DNA of 64,000 bases from a candidate division WWE3 bacterium (GCA_013335095.1 JAAXWF010000003.1:69960-133959); one strand, 5' to 3'. Counted from the first letter of the stretch, positions 19,303 to 29,537 are shown. The notes: a model not told the origin generated them from the sequence alone. Program-made: numbers and translations.

Positions 19303-20175
19303 ATGTCACCTACGCACATTCCAGTCATGCTTAACGAAGCAATTGATGCCCTCTCTATTGAGGATGGCCAGTGGTATATTGATGCCACCTTGGGTGGTGG
19401 CGGTCATGCCTCTGCAATCATTGCAGCCGGAGGAAATGTGTTGGGTATTGAACAAGACCACGCTTCGTTAACTCGAACATCTGCTCAACTGAGCGTTTTT
19501 AATGACCATTTCAAACCAGTATTGGGGCGATTCGGTTCAATAAAATCCCTTGCTACAGATAACGGTTTACAAAATGTATCAGGTATCCTAATGGATTTAG
19601 GATATTCCAGCGATCAACTCGATGATTCCTCTATCGGTATGTCATTTCAACAGGATGCATTACTTGATATGCGATTAAGCGGCGAACTTGGCGTAAGTGC
19701 GGCTGATTTGGTGAACGGATTAGTTTTATCTGAACTCGTTCATTTATTTCAGGAATACGGCGAAGTTGATCGAGCTCGGCGTATTGCTCTGGCTATTGTC
19801 GAATATCGTAAGATCCAACCGATTAAAACGACTGGTCAATTACGAAAAATAATTGAGGATGTGTATGGTGGCCATTGGGCCGATCGAATCCATCCGGCGA
19901 CAAAGGTTTTTCAAGCATTACGAATAGCCGTTAACGATGAACTCGGTCAACTCGAAAAAGGATTAATACAATCGGTCGAATTATTAAACGAACAAGGTCG
20001 ACTTGTTGTTATTGGATTCCATTCACTCGAGGACCGAATGGTGAAGCGCTTTATGCTGAATAATCATGAGCTTACACCGGTCAAGCCATTTCCGATGATG
20101 CCAAGCGAAGATGAAATAGCACGAAATAGTCGATCAAGATCAGCCAAAATGCGAGTAGCAATTAAACAAACTTAA
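19303..20175 (+). CDS. rsmH: 16S rRNA (cytosine1402-N4)-methyltransferase RsmH
   Basis: HIPVMLNEAIDAL...YIDATLGGGGHA SAM-binding motif. Confidence 0.85.
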   Translation: MSPTHIPVMLNEAIDALSIEDGQWYIDATLGGGGHASAIIAAGGNVLGIEQDHASLTRTSAQLSVFNDHFKPVLGRFGSIKSLATDNGLQNVSGILMDLGYSSDQLDDSSIGMSFQQDALLDMRLSGELGVSAADLVNGLVLSELVHLFQEYGEVDRARRIALAIVEYRKIQPIKTTGQLRKIIEDVYGGHWADRIHPATKVFQALRIAVNDELGQLEKGLIQSVELLNEQGRLVVIGFHSLEDRMVKRFMLNNHELTPVKPFPMMPSEDEIARNSRSRSAKMRVAIKQT

Positions 20176-20189
20176 GACCAAAAAATATT

Positions 20190-20534
20190 ATGACAACTGC
20201 CCGACGTCGTAAAACACAACAACAAATTGTTAGTCGATCTCCAAAAGCAACTATGATGTGGTGGGCTGCACTTATTGGTGCTGGTTCTCTTTTTGCAATT
20301 CAAGTCACGCTTTCGGCACGAGTGGCAACTAACGGTGAAGAAATAAAAGAGTTACAGACAAAACAGACTACTTACGAGACCGAGAATAGAGAATTACGAC
20401 GAGAAATTGCTCTATTGGGGTCAATGATTCGTGTTGAAAATGTCGCAGTCAATGACCTCCATATGGTGAAAGCATATAACAACGTTCTGTACCTTCCAGC
20501 CGATCCATCAGGACCCATTGCTAGTAATCAATGA
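20190..20534 (+). CDS. ftsL: cell division protein FtsL-like (single TM + coiled coil)
   Basis: Position between rsmH and ftsI. N-terminal TM helix then coiled coil ELQTKQTTYETENRELRREIALL. Confidence 0.5.
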   Translation: MTTARRRKTQQQIVSRSPKATMMWWAALIGAGSLFAIQVTLSARVATNGEEIKELQTKQTTYETENRELRREIALLGSMIRVENVAVNDLHMVKAYNNVLYLPADPSGPIASNQ

Positions 20535-20542
20535 TCTAATTT

Positions 20543-22504
20543 ATGGCCGGAAGATTTCATTTTATACGATTTTTAATTTGGTGTGTATTTGGCGTGATCT
20601 TTGTCCGTTTATTTGTGATTATGATTGTTCAACATAATCATTATAAAGTGTTGGCATATCGTCAGCATGTTGTTGAGACTAAGCTATCGGCAAACCGCGG
20701 CGAAATCTTTACGAGTGATGGATATCCTTTAGTCGTTAATACCGATGCCTATTTAATGTTTGCTGTTCCTTCAGAAAACTTCGACAAAAATGCTTTAGTT
20801 CAATCAGTTGCCTCTGAGATCGTAAAGCGCGTTGATCTAATTGCGCTTGATCCGGAACTTGAAGATCGGTATAAAAAAATCGAACGCAGAATTAATCCTA
20901 ATTCAACTCCGACGCCAAGTCCTTCGCCTTCGGTATCGACTACCGACCCGAATCAACTACTACCTGTTTACCGCAACTTAACCCTTCCGGTGACGCTTCA
21001 TTATTTGCGATACTTGTACATCCCTTACGAAAATGAACCGGATTGGAAGCAGATGTTAAGAACTGATTTAGAATATGTCTTACCAAAATTGTTAAGTGAT
21101 GACAAAAATTACTTCGTGCAGTTAATCAACCAACTCGATTATGACGACGAAGAAGCGTTAGAAAAGAATGATTGGAAAGGTATTCATTTTACCCCCCAAA
21201 ATAAGCGTACGTATCCAGAGAAGGATATGGCCGCACATCTTCTTGGCATTGTTGGTAAAGATGAAAAGGGTGAAGACAAAGGATACTTCGGTTTGGAGGG
21301 ATATTATAATGGCGACTTGTCTGGACAATCAGGGTATGCCGTTACCGAACAAGATATCGAAGGTAAGATGATTCCAATTGGACTGCAGATGACTAATAAA
21401 CCTTTACATGGACGTGATCTTATTTTAACGATAGATCGAGAATTACAGTACATGCTTGAAAAAAAGATCAGTGAGAGTGTGAAGAAATTTGGAGCAAAGA
21501 ATGGAACAGGAATTATTCTGGATCCCCATTCCGGAGCCATTCTAGCGATGGCTAATGCGCCATCTTATAATCCCGAGTATTGGACTGAGGAACTGTGGGG
21601 CGAAGGGGACGTCAGTAAAGTGGATGTTTTCCGCAACTATGCAATTGCCGCAAACTATGAACCAGGATCAATTATGAAACCAGTTACGATGTCTATGGCT
21701 CTTAATGAATCTTTAGTTACTCCGTTAACAATCTTTCATGATACAGGCCCCGTTACGTACAGTGGGTACCAAGTTCGTACCTGGAATAATAAATATTCTG
21801 GCGATATTTCGATGATGCAGATTTTGCAGTTATCGAACAATACAGGTGCAGCATGGGTCGGGCATCAGGTCGGATTCAATCGATTTGCGGATTATTTAAC
21901 TAAGTTCAACCTGGGGCAGTCTACCGGGATCGATTTACAAGGAGAAGAATCTGGAATAGTCCGCGATGCCCGTGAGTGGCGTGATATCGATTTAGCGAAT
22001 ATGTCGTTTGGTCAGGGTATTTCGGTCACGCCAATTCAAATGACCGCAATCTTTGGGGCGCTCGTTAATGGAGGTATTTTATATCAGCCATATGTTGTTA
22101 AAGAATTAGTCGATCATCTACCGGATGGCGATAAAGTGATTAAAAAAGATCCGGCGGTATTAGGACGTACCATTTCACCGGAAACTTCGGAAAAAATACG
22201 GTACATGTTACGCTCGGTTGTTACTGATGGAGAATTCAAATGGTTCGTACAGAAGGCGGGTATGGATCACTATAGTATTGGTGGCAAAACCGGAACTGCC
22301 CAGATTCCTGTAAACGGACAGTATGACCCAAACAAAACGAATACCACCTTTGTCGGCTTCTCATCTGTTGATGATCCAAAATTTGTGATGTTAATTCGAT
22401 TTAGTCAACCTTCCAGCTCAACATATTCGGCTGATACCGCGGTACCCGCATGGATGGAGGCCGCGAAGGAATTGATGGTACGATTCCAGATTCAGCCAGA
22501 ATAA
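20543..22504 (+). CDS. ftsI: penicillin-binding protein (class B transpeptidase, FtsI/PBP2-like)
   Basis: SxxK (SIMK), SxN (SNN) and KTG(T) motifs present. N-terminal TM. P/S/T-rich insert. Confidence 0.8.
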   Translation: MAGRFHFIRFLIWCVFGVIFVRLFVIMIVQHNHYKVLAYRQHVVETKLSANRGEIFTSDGYPLVVNTDAYLMFAVPSENFDKNALVQSVASEIVKRVDLIALDPELEDRYKKIERRINPNSTPTPSPSPSVSTTDPNQLLPVYRNLTLPVTLHYLRYLYIPYENEPDWKQMLRTDLEYVLPKLLSDDKNYFVQLINQLDYDDEEALEKNDWKGIHFTPQNKRTYPEKDMAAHLLGIVGKDEKGEDKGYFGLEGYYNGDLSGQSGYAVTEQDIEGKMIPIGLQMTNKPLHGRDLILTIDRELQYMLEKKISESVKKFGAKNGTGIILDPHSGAILAMANAPSYNPEYWTEELWGEGDVSKVDVFRNYAIAANYEPGSIMKPVTMSMALNESLVTPLTIFHDTGPVTYSGYQVRTWNNKYSGDISMMQILQLSNNTGAAWVGHQVGFNRFADYLTKFNLGQSTGIDLQGEESGIVRDAREWRDIDLANMSFGQGISVTPIQMTAIFGALVNGGILYQPYVVKELVDHLPDGDKVIKKDPAVLGRTISPETSEKIRYMLRSVVTDGEFKWFVQKAGMDHYSIGGKTGTAQIPVNGQYDPNKTNTTFVGFSSVDDPKFVMLIRFSQPSSSTYSADTAVPAWMEAAKELMVRFQIQPE

Positions 22505-22543
22505 TGGTAAAATATCCGGTCAGAGTATAATTTTTAATATAAT

Positions 22544-23887
22544 ATGGGCATTCTATTTGATGGAAAAAAACGACCACTTAGGGGAATCTATCACGTATCT
22601 CCGGCGCAAGAGTTGTCGAAAAAAATGATGCTAACCAGCCTTCTTTCAGGCAAGGAAAGTATCGTACATAATATCGTTAGCTCTACGAGCTTAAATCAAG
22701 TGATTGAAGTGGTGGAGTTTCTTGGGGCTCAAACTCACTGGGTAAATAATACCTCCATTGCAATAAAGTCTGATACGGTTGGTTCAATCGCACTACCCAA
22801 AGGGATGCTGAATAATCTCCCATTATATTGGTTTGCATTTGCCGTTGTATTAGCCAAGAACGGTAAGGCGGCAATTCCTTTTGAAAACTTTATTGATACT
22901 CATGGTGAGCTGTCCCAGCGAATTTTTACCTTGTTCAATGACCTCGGAGTTGAATTGATTCAGGAGAAAGGTTATTTGATTGGAACCCTGCCAAAAGACT
23001 GGTATGAAGATCGTCCTGTTGTAATGAACTTACCGTACTCATATAAAGAAGAGACTGAAGTTGCGATTTTATTGTCGGTGCTTAGACATAATGTTCATAC
23101 AACGATTCGGAACGTATCAAATGAATTAACGATTGATGTGTTGATTCGGTTTTTGTCTATCGGGGGAGCGGTTATTAGTCGGCCTGACCCTCACACTATA
23201 GTCATTGAGGGGTCAGAACAGCTTGATGCAATGGAGGATTCGGTTCAATCTGATATTACCGAGGCGGGACTTATTGCTTTATGTACTGCTGCTACTGGGG
23301 GAGAGGTTGAGATTCGCAACGTTGAAAAAGAGGGATTACTGCCGCTCATGACTAAGCTAGATCAGATTGGCATTGGATATCGATTTGATGGGGATATTCT
23401 TCGCGTCTGGGCAGAGCAAAATGATCCATTTAATCCTATCGAAATCCGCACTGGTTTATACCCCAGGTTCTCAACCCGTTGGTTAGCACCAATCAGCATA
23501 CTGTTATCTCAATGCAATGGAGAGTCTCGAATTATTGAAACGGTCGACAGTCGTGGTCTTACATTTCTAGATATATTACAGAAAGCTGGTGCCGTATTCT
23601 CGGTGTTCGTGCCTGAAGATTTCGATTATTTGTCTGATTTTGCTTATGATAGTTCAATTTTAAATGGTGAGTACCCTTCATTTGCTGCTAAGATTTTTGG
23701 TCCTACCAAACTAACCTCTCCTTCAGTCATTGATCCTGAAAATACTGCACAGTCTTTGGTCGGATTATTCCTAGGGTTAATGGCCGAGACTCCGGTATCT
23801 ATGTCTAATGCGGAGATTTTAACTGAGGAGTATCCACGAATGATTAGCCAACTTATTGATCTTGGCGCAGGAATAAAATACAGTTGA
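22544..23887 (+). CDS. EPSP-synthase-fold enolpyruvyl-transferase homolog (divergent MurA-like)
   Basis: N-terminal region resembles MurA (…LTSLLSGKESIVHNIVSSTSLNQVIEVVEFLGAQ…). Length matches the fold. Assignment by eye only. Confidence 0.4.
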   Translation: MGILFDGKKRPLRGIYHVSPAQELSKKMMLTSLLSGKESIVHNIVSSTSLNQVIEVVEFLGAQTHWVNNTSIAIKSDTVGSIALPKGMLNNLPLYWFAFAVVLAKNGKAAIPFENFIDTHGELSQRIFTLFNDLGVELIQEKGYLIGTLPKDWYEDRPVVMNLPYSYKEETEVAILLSVLRHNVHTTIRNVSNELTIDVLIRFLSIGGAVISRPDPHTIVIEGSEQLDAMEDSVQSDITEAGLIALCTAATGGEVEIRNVEKEGLLPLMTKLDQIGIGYRFDGDILRVWAEQNDPFNPIEIRTGLYPRFSTRWLAPISILLSQCNGESRIIETVDSRGLTFLDILQKAGAVFSVFVPEDFDYLSDFAYDSSILNGEYPSFAAKIFGPTKLTSPSVIDPENTAQSLVGLFLGLMAETPVSMSNAEILTEEYPRMISQLIDLGAGIKYS

Positions 23888-23891
23888 CACT

Positions 23892-24911
23892 ATGACCTTT
23901 CAAACTATTTCTGATAAGGATATTTGGGATAATTATTTTGACTCTTATAGACCATCTTCAATGTTGCAGTCATGGGCATGGGGTGAATTTCATCAGAATC
24001 AGCACCACCGTGTTTTTCGTATTGGTGAGTTCGATCAGGATTCATTAATTGGTGCGGCTATTATTGTTGAGGTGAGAGCAAAGCGTGGATCATATATTAC
24101 TTGTCAGGGGGGGCCAATGATCGATTGGGATGACCTTGGCCAACGGAATCGATGGATGAATTATCTTGCTGAATTGGCCAAAACTCAACGTGTCGATTTC
24201 GTTCGATTGCAAGTACCGCTAGAACACAATCAAGAAAACATACAGTCCTTTTTTCGCCATGGATATCGTCTCGCACCGATGTACATGCCTGCAGAACACA
24301 CGTTATTACTTGATTTAACAAAATCTGAAGATGAGTTATTAGCAGGGATGCGAAAACAGACCAGGTATTATATTCGTCGAGCCGAAAAGGATGGAGTCGT
24401 CGTACATGTTTCCCATGAGACTAAGGATTTAAAGATTCTTTATGAACTTTATCAAGAAACAGTTAAGCGTCAGCATTTTATTCCTTATTCTGAAAAGTAT
24501 TTTAATGATGAAGTCTCGGCTTTTGCTCAGGATAATCAGGTCGAAGTATTTTTAGGCTATGATCGGGATATTGTGCGATCCGCGGCTATGATTATTTACG
24601 CAGGCGATACCGCGTACTATCATCACGGCGCATCCAAACGGATGGAGCATGAAGAAAGCTTTGCGAGTTATCTTGTTCAATGGCAAGCAATTCGGAGGGC
24701 AAAAGAAAAAGGAATGAAGTTATACGATTTTTGGGGTGTGGCTCCTACCGATGATGGAAATCATGCAAAGTCAGGTCTGACTACATTTAAGCGTGGATTT
24801 GGCGGTACGAGGGTACATAGATTACATACAATTGATCTGCCTATTTCTTGGAAATATTGGCCAATGTGGTTATACAGTAAGGTCGAACGGTATAAACGAG
24901 GTTGGGTTTAG
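23892..24911 (+). CDS. FemAB-family peptidoglycan interpeptide-bridge aminoacyltransferase
   Basis: Resembles the FemAB family (PF02388) along its length (WAWGEF…ITCQGGPMIDW…YYHHGAS…). Confidence 0.55.
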   Translation: MTFQTISDKDIWDNYFDSYRPSSMLQSWAWGEFHQNQHHRVFRIGEFDQDSLIGAAIIVEVRAKRGSYITCQGGPMIDWDDLGQRNRWMNYLAELAKTQRVDFVRLQVPLEHNQENIQSFFRHGYRLAPMYMPAEHTLLLDLTKSEDELLAGMRKQTRYYIRRAEKDGVVVHVSHETKDLKILYELYQETVKRQHFIPYSEKYFNDEVSAFAQDNQVEVFLGYDRDIVRSAAMIIYAGDTAYYHHGASKRMEHEESFASYLVQWQAIRRAKEKGMKLYDFWGVAPTDDGNHAKSGLTTFKRGFGGTRVHRLHTIDLPISWKYWPMWLYSKVERYKRGWV

Positions 24912-25084
24912 GTTTTACATATTATTGACACATAGTTTGTGATTTGTTAAATAGGAAGTATGCAAAATGCATTCAATGTAAAAACGAAATCTATTATTGC
25001 TCTCCACATTATGTGTGGTTGCCTACTCGTAGGCAACTAGTACATAGGGAGGGACCAATAATGGTCACCGTCACAAGACGTAAA

Positions 25085-25107
25085 CCCTCCCACCGGGAGG
25101 GTTTTTT
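25085..25107 (+). terminator. intrinsic terminator / attenuator hairpin in the leader upstream of 25244
   Basis: ccctccc-acc-gggaggg followed by TTTTTT. An upstream agggaggg (25045-25052) could pair alternatively with ccctccc. Confidence 0.45.
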
Positions 25108-25243
25108 CGTTTTGGCACATTAATAAAATTTAATAGTTTGTGGGAATAACTGCATTTAAAATGAGTGCATTTATTTCCCCAAACTATTTCAATGGTGCTG
25201 GGGGCACAGGTTTTGCCCGTGCTAATGAAGCAGGAGGTCTCTA

Positions 25244-27076
25244 ATGGATCCGGTTCACATCGAACGTTTGTTCGAACCTTACCGACTTCAGGGAGGATTG
25301 ATCGATCGGTCTCGACTCACGTGCTTGACGTATGTAATTACCACAAGCTCGTTAAGCCTTTCCGGTTTTGATCAAATGCTTCTAATTGCTGCAACTGGAG
25401 CTACCTCAATCGTAAAGTATCCATCTGATTTGGCATACTTTATTCGCCGAACCAACGAAGCGTTAGCAAATAGTACGCTTCATGTACCTAGGGAGATTGC
25501 GATCGACGGGATCACCTCGATCGAGCAACTCTATGCACTGGTCGGGGATGATTGGCGGGTTGAGTTACTCAATGACAAGCGTGCTGCGGAAGCGCGACTA
25601 ATGCGAAAGCATGTTGTCATACATGAGGCAACTGCTTTAGGTTCTTTCTATGAGGTCCAGACCAACAAAACCGCAATACTGCGGGTCTTGGTGTATGACC
25701 AAGACATGACCTCATTGATGCAAACAGCCCACGCGATTTCTCGTGCGCTTGGGATTGGTGTTAATGAATTAGTTTTCATCTCGTCATCGGGTGAAGTTTT
25801 ATACCCGCCTGACCGGCCTGCGGTGATGACGCGGAGTGTCCATGAGGGAATAAAGCACATTCGCCTTATTCCTCGGACTCTGCCACTCTCTGAGGATGTG
25901 CTTCAAGTGTGTGCTCGACGGGCAGTATCTGGAAAATATAGTCAGATCAAGCCTCTTTCTGTAGGTGAGAAGAGTGGTCGGATTCCGTCGACTCTTCCGG
26001 AGGCTGTTATCGCTCGAACTATCCAGGATGTTACGAATCGGGGTTTAAACCGGGTCGTTTCATCGCTTACTGGAATTACCGATACGCCGCTTATATATGA
26101 GGCGACCGATGTCGGTGGCAATTGCATGGAATTATTCCAGCTTATGGTCGCATGTCTGCGAACTGGGTTGCCTGGCGTATTTAGTATCGAGCATCGTGCC
26201 CACAACATCGGCGACTACTTTGAGCGTGTGCTCGGTCCATCTCTTGCTCTTATCGGTAATATGACGACGTTGTTGCCCGAGCTACATCAACAACGTGCCG
26301 ATCATATGACCGGAGCGGATTTATTTGCGACACTCAACGTACAACTGACCCCACCGCTCGCTGCTCTATCTCATTTGCCGGTCGGTAATTTTTACCGAGC
26401 GGTGCATGAATACCTTGTTCGGCGGGTATGCCAGATCCTTCGGCTCGCCGTTCGAGTTGCTGTTGTCGATGCGGAAACACTTTTTAGTGAAGCTACGCCG
26501 CTACTAACCTTGGGGGAGGCGGTAGATTTGATTCGAAGCGAGCTCGATGAACGAGTTATTGCCAATGTCTATGAGCATGGCCGACAACGTCAGATTTATA
26601 CATCTGATATAGATCGATCCAGGCAGTGGGAGCGCGTGTGTACCTTTTTGCAGGGCACTCAGGCGTGGCCTGGTGGGGCGTTAACGTATCTACTTCTTGC
26701 CGCATTATCGCACCATGGGCCGACCATCTTAAATTTGAAAGATAGTCGGCTTGGAGATGTGGCTAGAGCGTCGTTGACTTCCATTCATCTTATGGGCGGA
26801 GTTAATCATGCTCAGATAGCGGTCTCGGGAGTAACCAGGTGCTATCCGATTGGACGAGAAGCTCATACCGGGGATAATGTCGATCCGGTTATTTTTGCCA
26901 TGATGCTTGATCAGTATCCGACTGAAATGGCGGAATTGATCAGATCGATGATGGCTAGCTGGATTTTCCCGGTAACTCCGGAAAATGCTGGTCTCGTTCA
27001 GGTCTTTTGGTTAGGGAGCAGAGGGCGATGGTTCTCCACCCGATACCTTGATTCGGCTGGTGGTCAGCGTCCATGA
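25244..27076 (+). CDS. hypothetical protein (610 aa), moderately elevated GC
   Basis: Strong SD aggaggt before the ATG. No motif recognised. Confidence 0.45.
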   Translation: MDPVHIERLFEPYRLQGGLIDRSRLTCLTYVITTSSLSLSGFDQMLLIAATGATSIVKYPSDLAYFIRRTNEALANSTLHVPREIAIDGITSIEQLYALVGDDWRVELLNDKRAAEARLMRKHVVIHEATALGSFYEVQTNKTAILRVLVYDQDMTSLMQTAHAISRALGIGVNELVFISSSGEVLYPPDRPAVMTRSVHEGIKHIRLIPRTLPLSEDVLQVCARRAVSGKYSQIKPLSVGEKSGRIPSTLPEAVIARTIQDVTNRGLNRVVSSLTGITDTPLIYEATDVGGNCMELFQLMVACLRTGLPGVFSIEHRAHNIGDYFERVLGPSLALIGNMTTLLPELHQQRADHMTGADLFATLNVQLTPPLAALSHLPVGNFYRAVHEYLVRRVCQILRLAVRVAVVDAETLFSEATPLLTLGEAVDLIRSELDERVIANVYEHGRQRQIYTSDIDRSRQWERVCTFLQGTQAWPGGALTYLLLAALSHHGPTILNLKDSRLGDVARASLTSIHLMGGVNHAQIAVSGVTRCYPIGREAHTGDNVDPVIFAMMLDQYPTEMAELIRSMMASWIFPVTPENAGLVQVFWLGSRGRWFSTRYLDSAGGQRP

Positions 27077-27125
27077 AATCGTGCAGGTTGCTCTTTATGA
27101 GCTGCCTGCATATGTACAAATTCTT

Positions 27126-27863
27126 ATGAATACTAAAGAACAAAAACAAATAAATACAATGGGTCACAAGCAGCATAAAAGTGTTTTAGTTGTGACGGCC
27201 CATGCTGATGATCATATTGCGAGCGCTGGAACAATCTTCAAACTAAAGGATCAGGGCTACGAAGTGTATGAACTTATTATGACAGATTCGAGTGAAGGAC
27301 GTGATTATCGTCACTTAAATGGATCATATGATGTTAGTCAAATGCGCGAAGATGAGTTTAGTGATGCTTCGTTGTTTCTTGGTACAAAAGAAATATACCG
27401 ATTAGGTCAGGAAGATCTGAATTTGCGATATTCAAAACAACTCGTATTCCAAACCGCTCATATAATTCGTCAGATCCGTCCGACAGTTGGTATCATCATG
27501 AATAATTTTGATTGGCACTCGGATCATATTGCTTCATATCGTATCGCTTCAACGGCGTTTAAAATCGCCGCAACTGGTATTAGGCCGGAATTGGGGGATC
27601 ATCATCGTACTCCAATGGTTTTGGCTGTCGAGGGAATGATCCCAATTAAACCTTCAATACTTGTTGATATCACAAATTACTATGATAAAAAAATAGAGTT
27701 ATTTAAAATTTATGAGTCACAAGCTTCATCAAAATCGTTAGGATTTCATGAGGGTTTAGCAAAAGTTCGTGGCTATCACGTTCGTCGCAATGGTAGCTTG
27801 CTTGCAGAAGCATTCTCTACCGATCCAACATCTCCAATTATTCTTTTCGATGAAGAACTATGA
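27126..27863 (+). CDS. PIG-L / LmbE-family N-acetylglucosaminyl deacetylase
   Basis: VLVVTAHADDH is the LmbE AHPDDE-type zinc motif. Confidence 0.65.
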   Translation: MNTKEQKQINTMGHKQHKSVLVVTAHADDHIASAGTIFKLKDQGYEVYELIMTDSSEGRDYRHLNGSYDVSQMREDEFSDASLFLGTKEIYRLGQEDLNLRYSKQLVFQTAHIIRQIRPTVGIIMNNFDWHSDHIASYRIASTAFKIAATGIRPELGDHHRTPMVLAVEGMIPIKPSILVDITNYYDKKIELFKIYESQASSKSLGFHEGLAKVRGYHVRRNGSLLAEAFSTDPTSPIILFDEEL

Positions 27864-28750
27864 ACACTGTTTCTCCAACCATCAACACTAATATTCCCGT
27901 ATTAGGGGATCCTACGAATCGTAAAATTGTTAACCTAACTGATGGTGATTCAAACCAAGTCTACCGAGTTAATGGACGATACATATATAAAGAATACTTT
28001 TCTTCGGAACAACTTAATTACGAGACGACGGGGTGCTTAGTGTTTAATCTCCTTTCATCGTATGGTATTCCAATGCTTCTTGATAAAGGGCCAAACTATT
28101 TGGTAACGGAGTATATCGATTCTACATCATGCTTGATGCTGTACCGCCAGGGACAACTAAGTAAGACTGAAATTGGTCGGAAGGCAAGTACTTTTTTATC
28201 CGAAGTCTATTGGAATTACCGTTACTTTAATCGCAGTAAGGTTGCGCTTTTTCAAAATATTGCCTGGAAAGATCGATTTATTGCAATCTTGAATTACACT
28301 CAAGCTCACTATCAAGATTGGAATATTCATCTAGATGCGGGGGATCTTCGTCAGATTGGAGACATACTGACTCGGCTGAGTTGTATATACATACCACCAC
28401 AATCGCTAACTTTTCTGCATCGGGATTTGCACCTTGATAATGTCCTCATACAAGAAAAAAAGTCCGGACGTGATTCTAACTTTTTCATTGATTTTGAGCA
28501 CTGCATGGAGGGACCAATTGAGTTTGAGTTGCAGAATTCAATCTTCTGGGATGATGAGTGGTCATTGCCGGTCAACTTTGTCCGCGACGAATTGATAAAA
28601 GTACATGATATCCCATATTCTATTGAATTAGAAAAACAGCTCCTCGGTCTGTATTATGTAGATCAACTTAATTTAGCTTATTCAAAACTTGACTATACAA
28701 AGATGAACATTCTTGCGGATCGATTTCGATCTTTTTATGCACCGAGCTAG
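27860..28750 (+). CDS. aminoglycoside-phosphotransferase / choline-kinase-like small-molecule kinase
   Basis: Catalytic loop HRDLHLDNVL and IDFEH (DFG-like). ATGA overlap with the deacetylase. Confidence 0.55.
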   Translation: MNTVSPTINTNIPVLGDPTNRKIVNLTDGDSNQVYRVNGRYIYKEYFSSEQLNYETTGCLVFNLLSSYGIPMLLDKGPNYLVTEYIDSTSCLMLYRQGQLSKTEIGRKASTFLSEVYWNYRYFNRSKVALFQNIAWKDRFIAILNYTQAHYQDWNIHLDAGDLRQIGDILTRLSCIYIPPQSLTFLHRDLHLDNVLIQEKKSGRDSNFFIDFEHCMEGPIEFELQNSIFWDDEWSLPVNFVRDELIKVHDIPYSIELEKQLLGLYYVDQLNLAYSKLDYTKMNILADRFRSFYAPS

Positions 28751-28826
28751 TTGATTATTGCAATTTATGTTGCAATTATATCCTATAATGTAAGAGTCTC
28801 TAAGTTCAGGTAGGAAAGGAGGAGCG

Positions 28827-29453
28827 ATGCCGTTAGTGTATCGCGAGGAATGCTGGACCCTTAAGGGTGATACAGGTACGGCTAATACGCCGGACCTGTT
28901 TATCACTAGAAGGATTCCAGTCGGATCAGCCGAGGTGAGCCTTTCTCGGCTCGTCGTTCAACGAATCGAGCGGGAGGTGACAATCGTCGTTGTCCACTTT
29001 CGCCTTGATTACGCTGATGAAAGCCCGGTTCTGATCCAACAGGAGCCAGTCAGGTTTTTTTGCGACTGGCTGCAGGTTCAATGGACCCCGATCTTGGGGC
29101 GGATCAACACGGGATACTATGACCTCAGTGGTCCTAGTACACAGAAGCTAAACAGCTACACACCCAAACGTGCCGCTGATGTCAACCAGGTAACCAAACT
29201 GGATGACGTGCTTCTGTTTGGCGATCCGCTGCAGGTGGCCGTCCGCGCTCAGGGGTTTGGTGTTCCGGTGAAGGAATACCTGCGCCGGCTGCGTAACGAA
29301 CCCCGTCGACTGCTGGTGGCCGCGATGACCAGCAAGATCGACACGCTCCTGCAGACATTGGTGGTACCATGGCGGTTACCATCGACGTGGATTGGAACAG
29401 ACGAGCTTGATCCGTTCGAAGGATCGCTTAAAGCTCGTTTTCGCTGGCGGTAG
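28827..29453 (+). CDS. hypothetical protein, high GC (~55%)
   Basis: SD aaaggagg before the ATG. Strong terminator downstream. Confidence 0.4.
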   Translation: MPLVYREECWTLKGDTGTANTPDLFITRRIPVGSAEVSLSRLVVQRIEREVTIVVVHFRLDYADESPVLIQQEPVRFFCDWLQVQWTPILGRINTGYYDLSGPSTQKLNSYTPKRAADVNQVTKLDDVLLFGDPLQVAVRAQGFGVPVKEYLRRLRNEPRRLLVAAMTSKIDTLLQTLVVPWRLPSTWIGTDELDPFEGSLKARFRWR

Positions 29454-29462
29454 GTAAGTCCT

Positions 29463-29497
29463 GGGACTGACTGTGAATAACAGTCGGTCCCTTTTTA
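29463..29497 (+). terminator. rho-independent terminator
   Basis: 11-bp stem gggactgactg/cagtcggtccc followed by TTTTTA. Confidence 0.6.
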
Positions 29498-29537
29498 TAC
29501 TCCCGGTAAAGTTATTCGGTGGTAAAATAAACGAGAA

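Noticed and set aside
19199-19471. 90-aa ORF overlapping the rsmH start
   Set aside because: Out-of-frame overlap with a well-supported rsmH. No SD.
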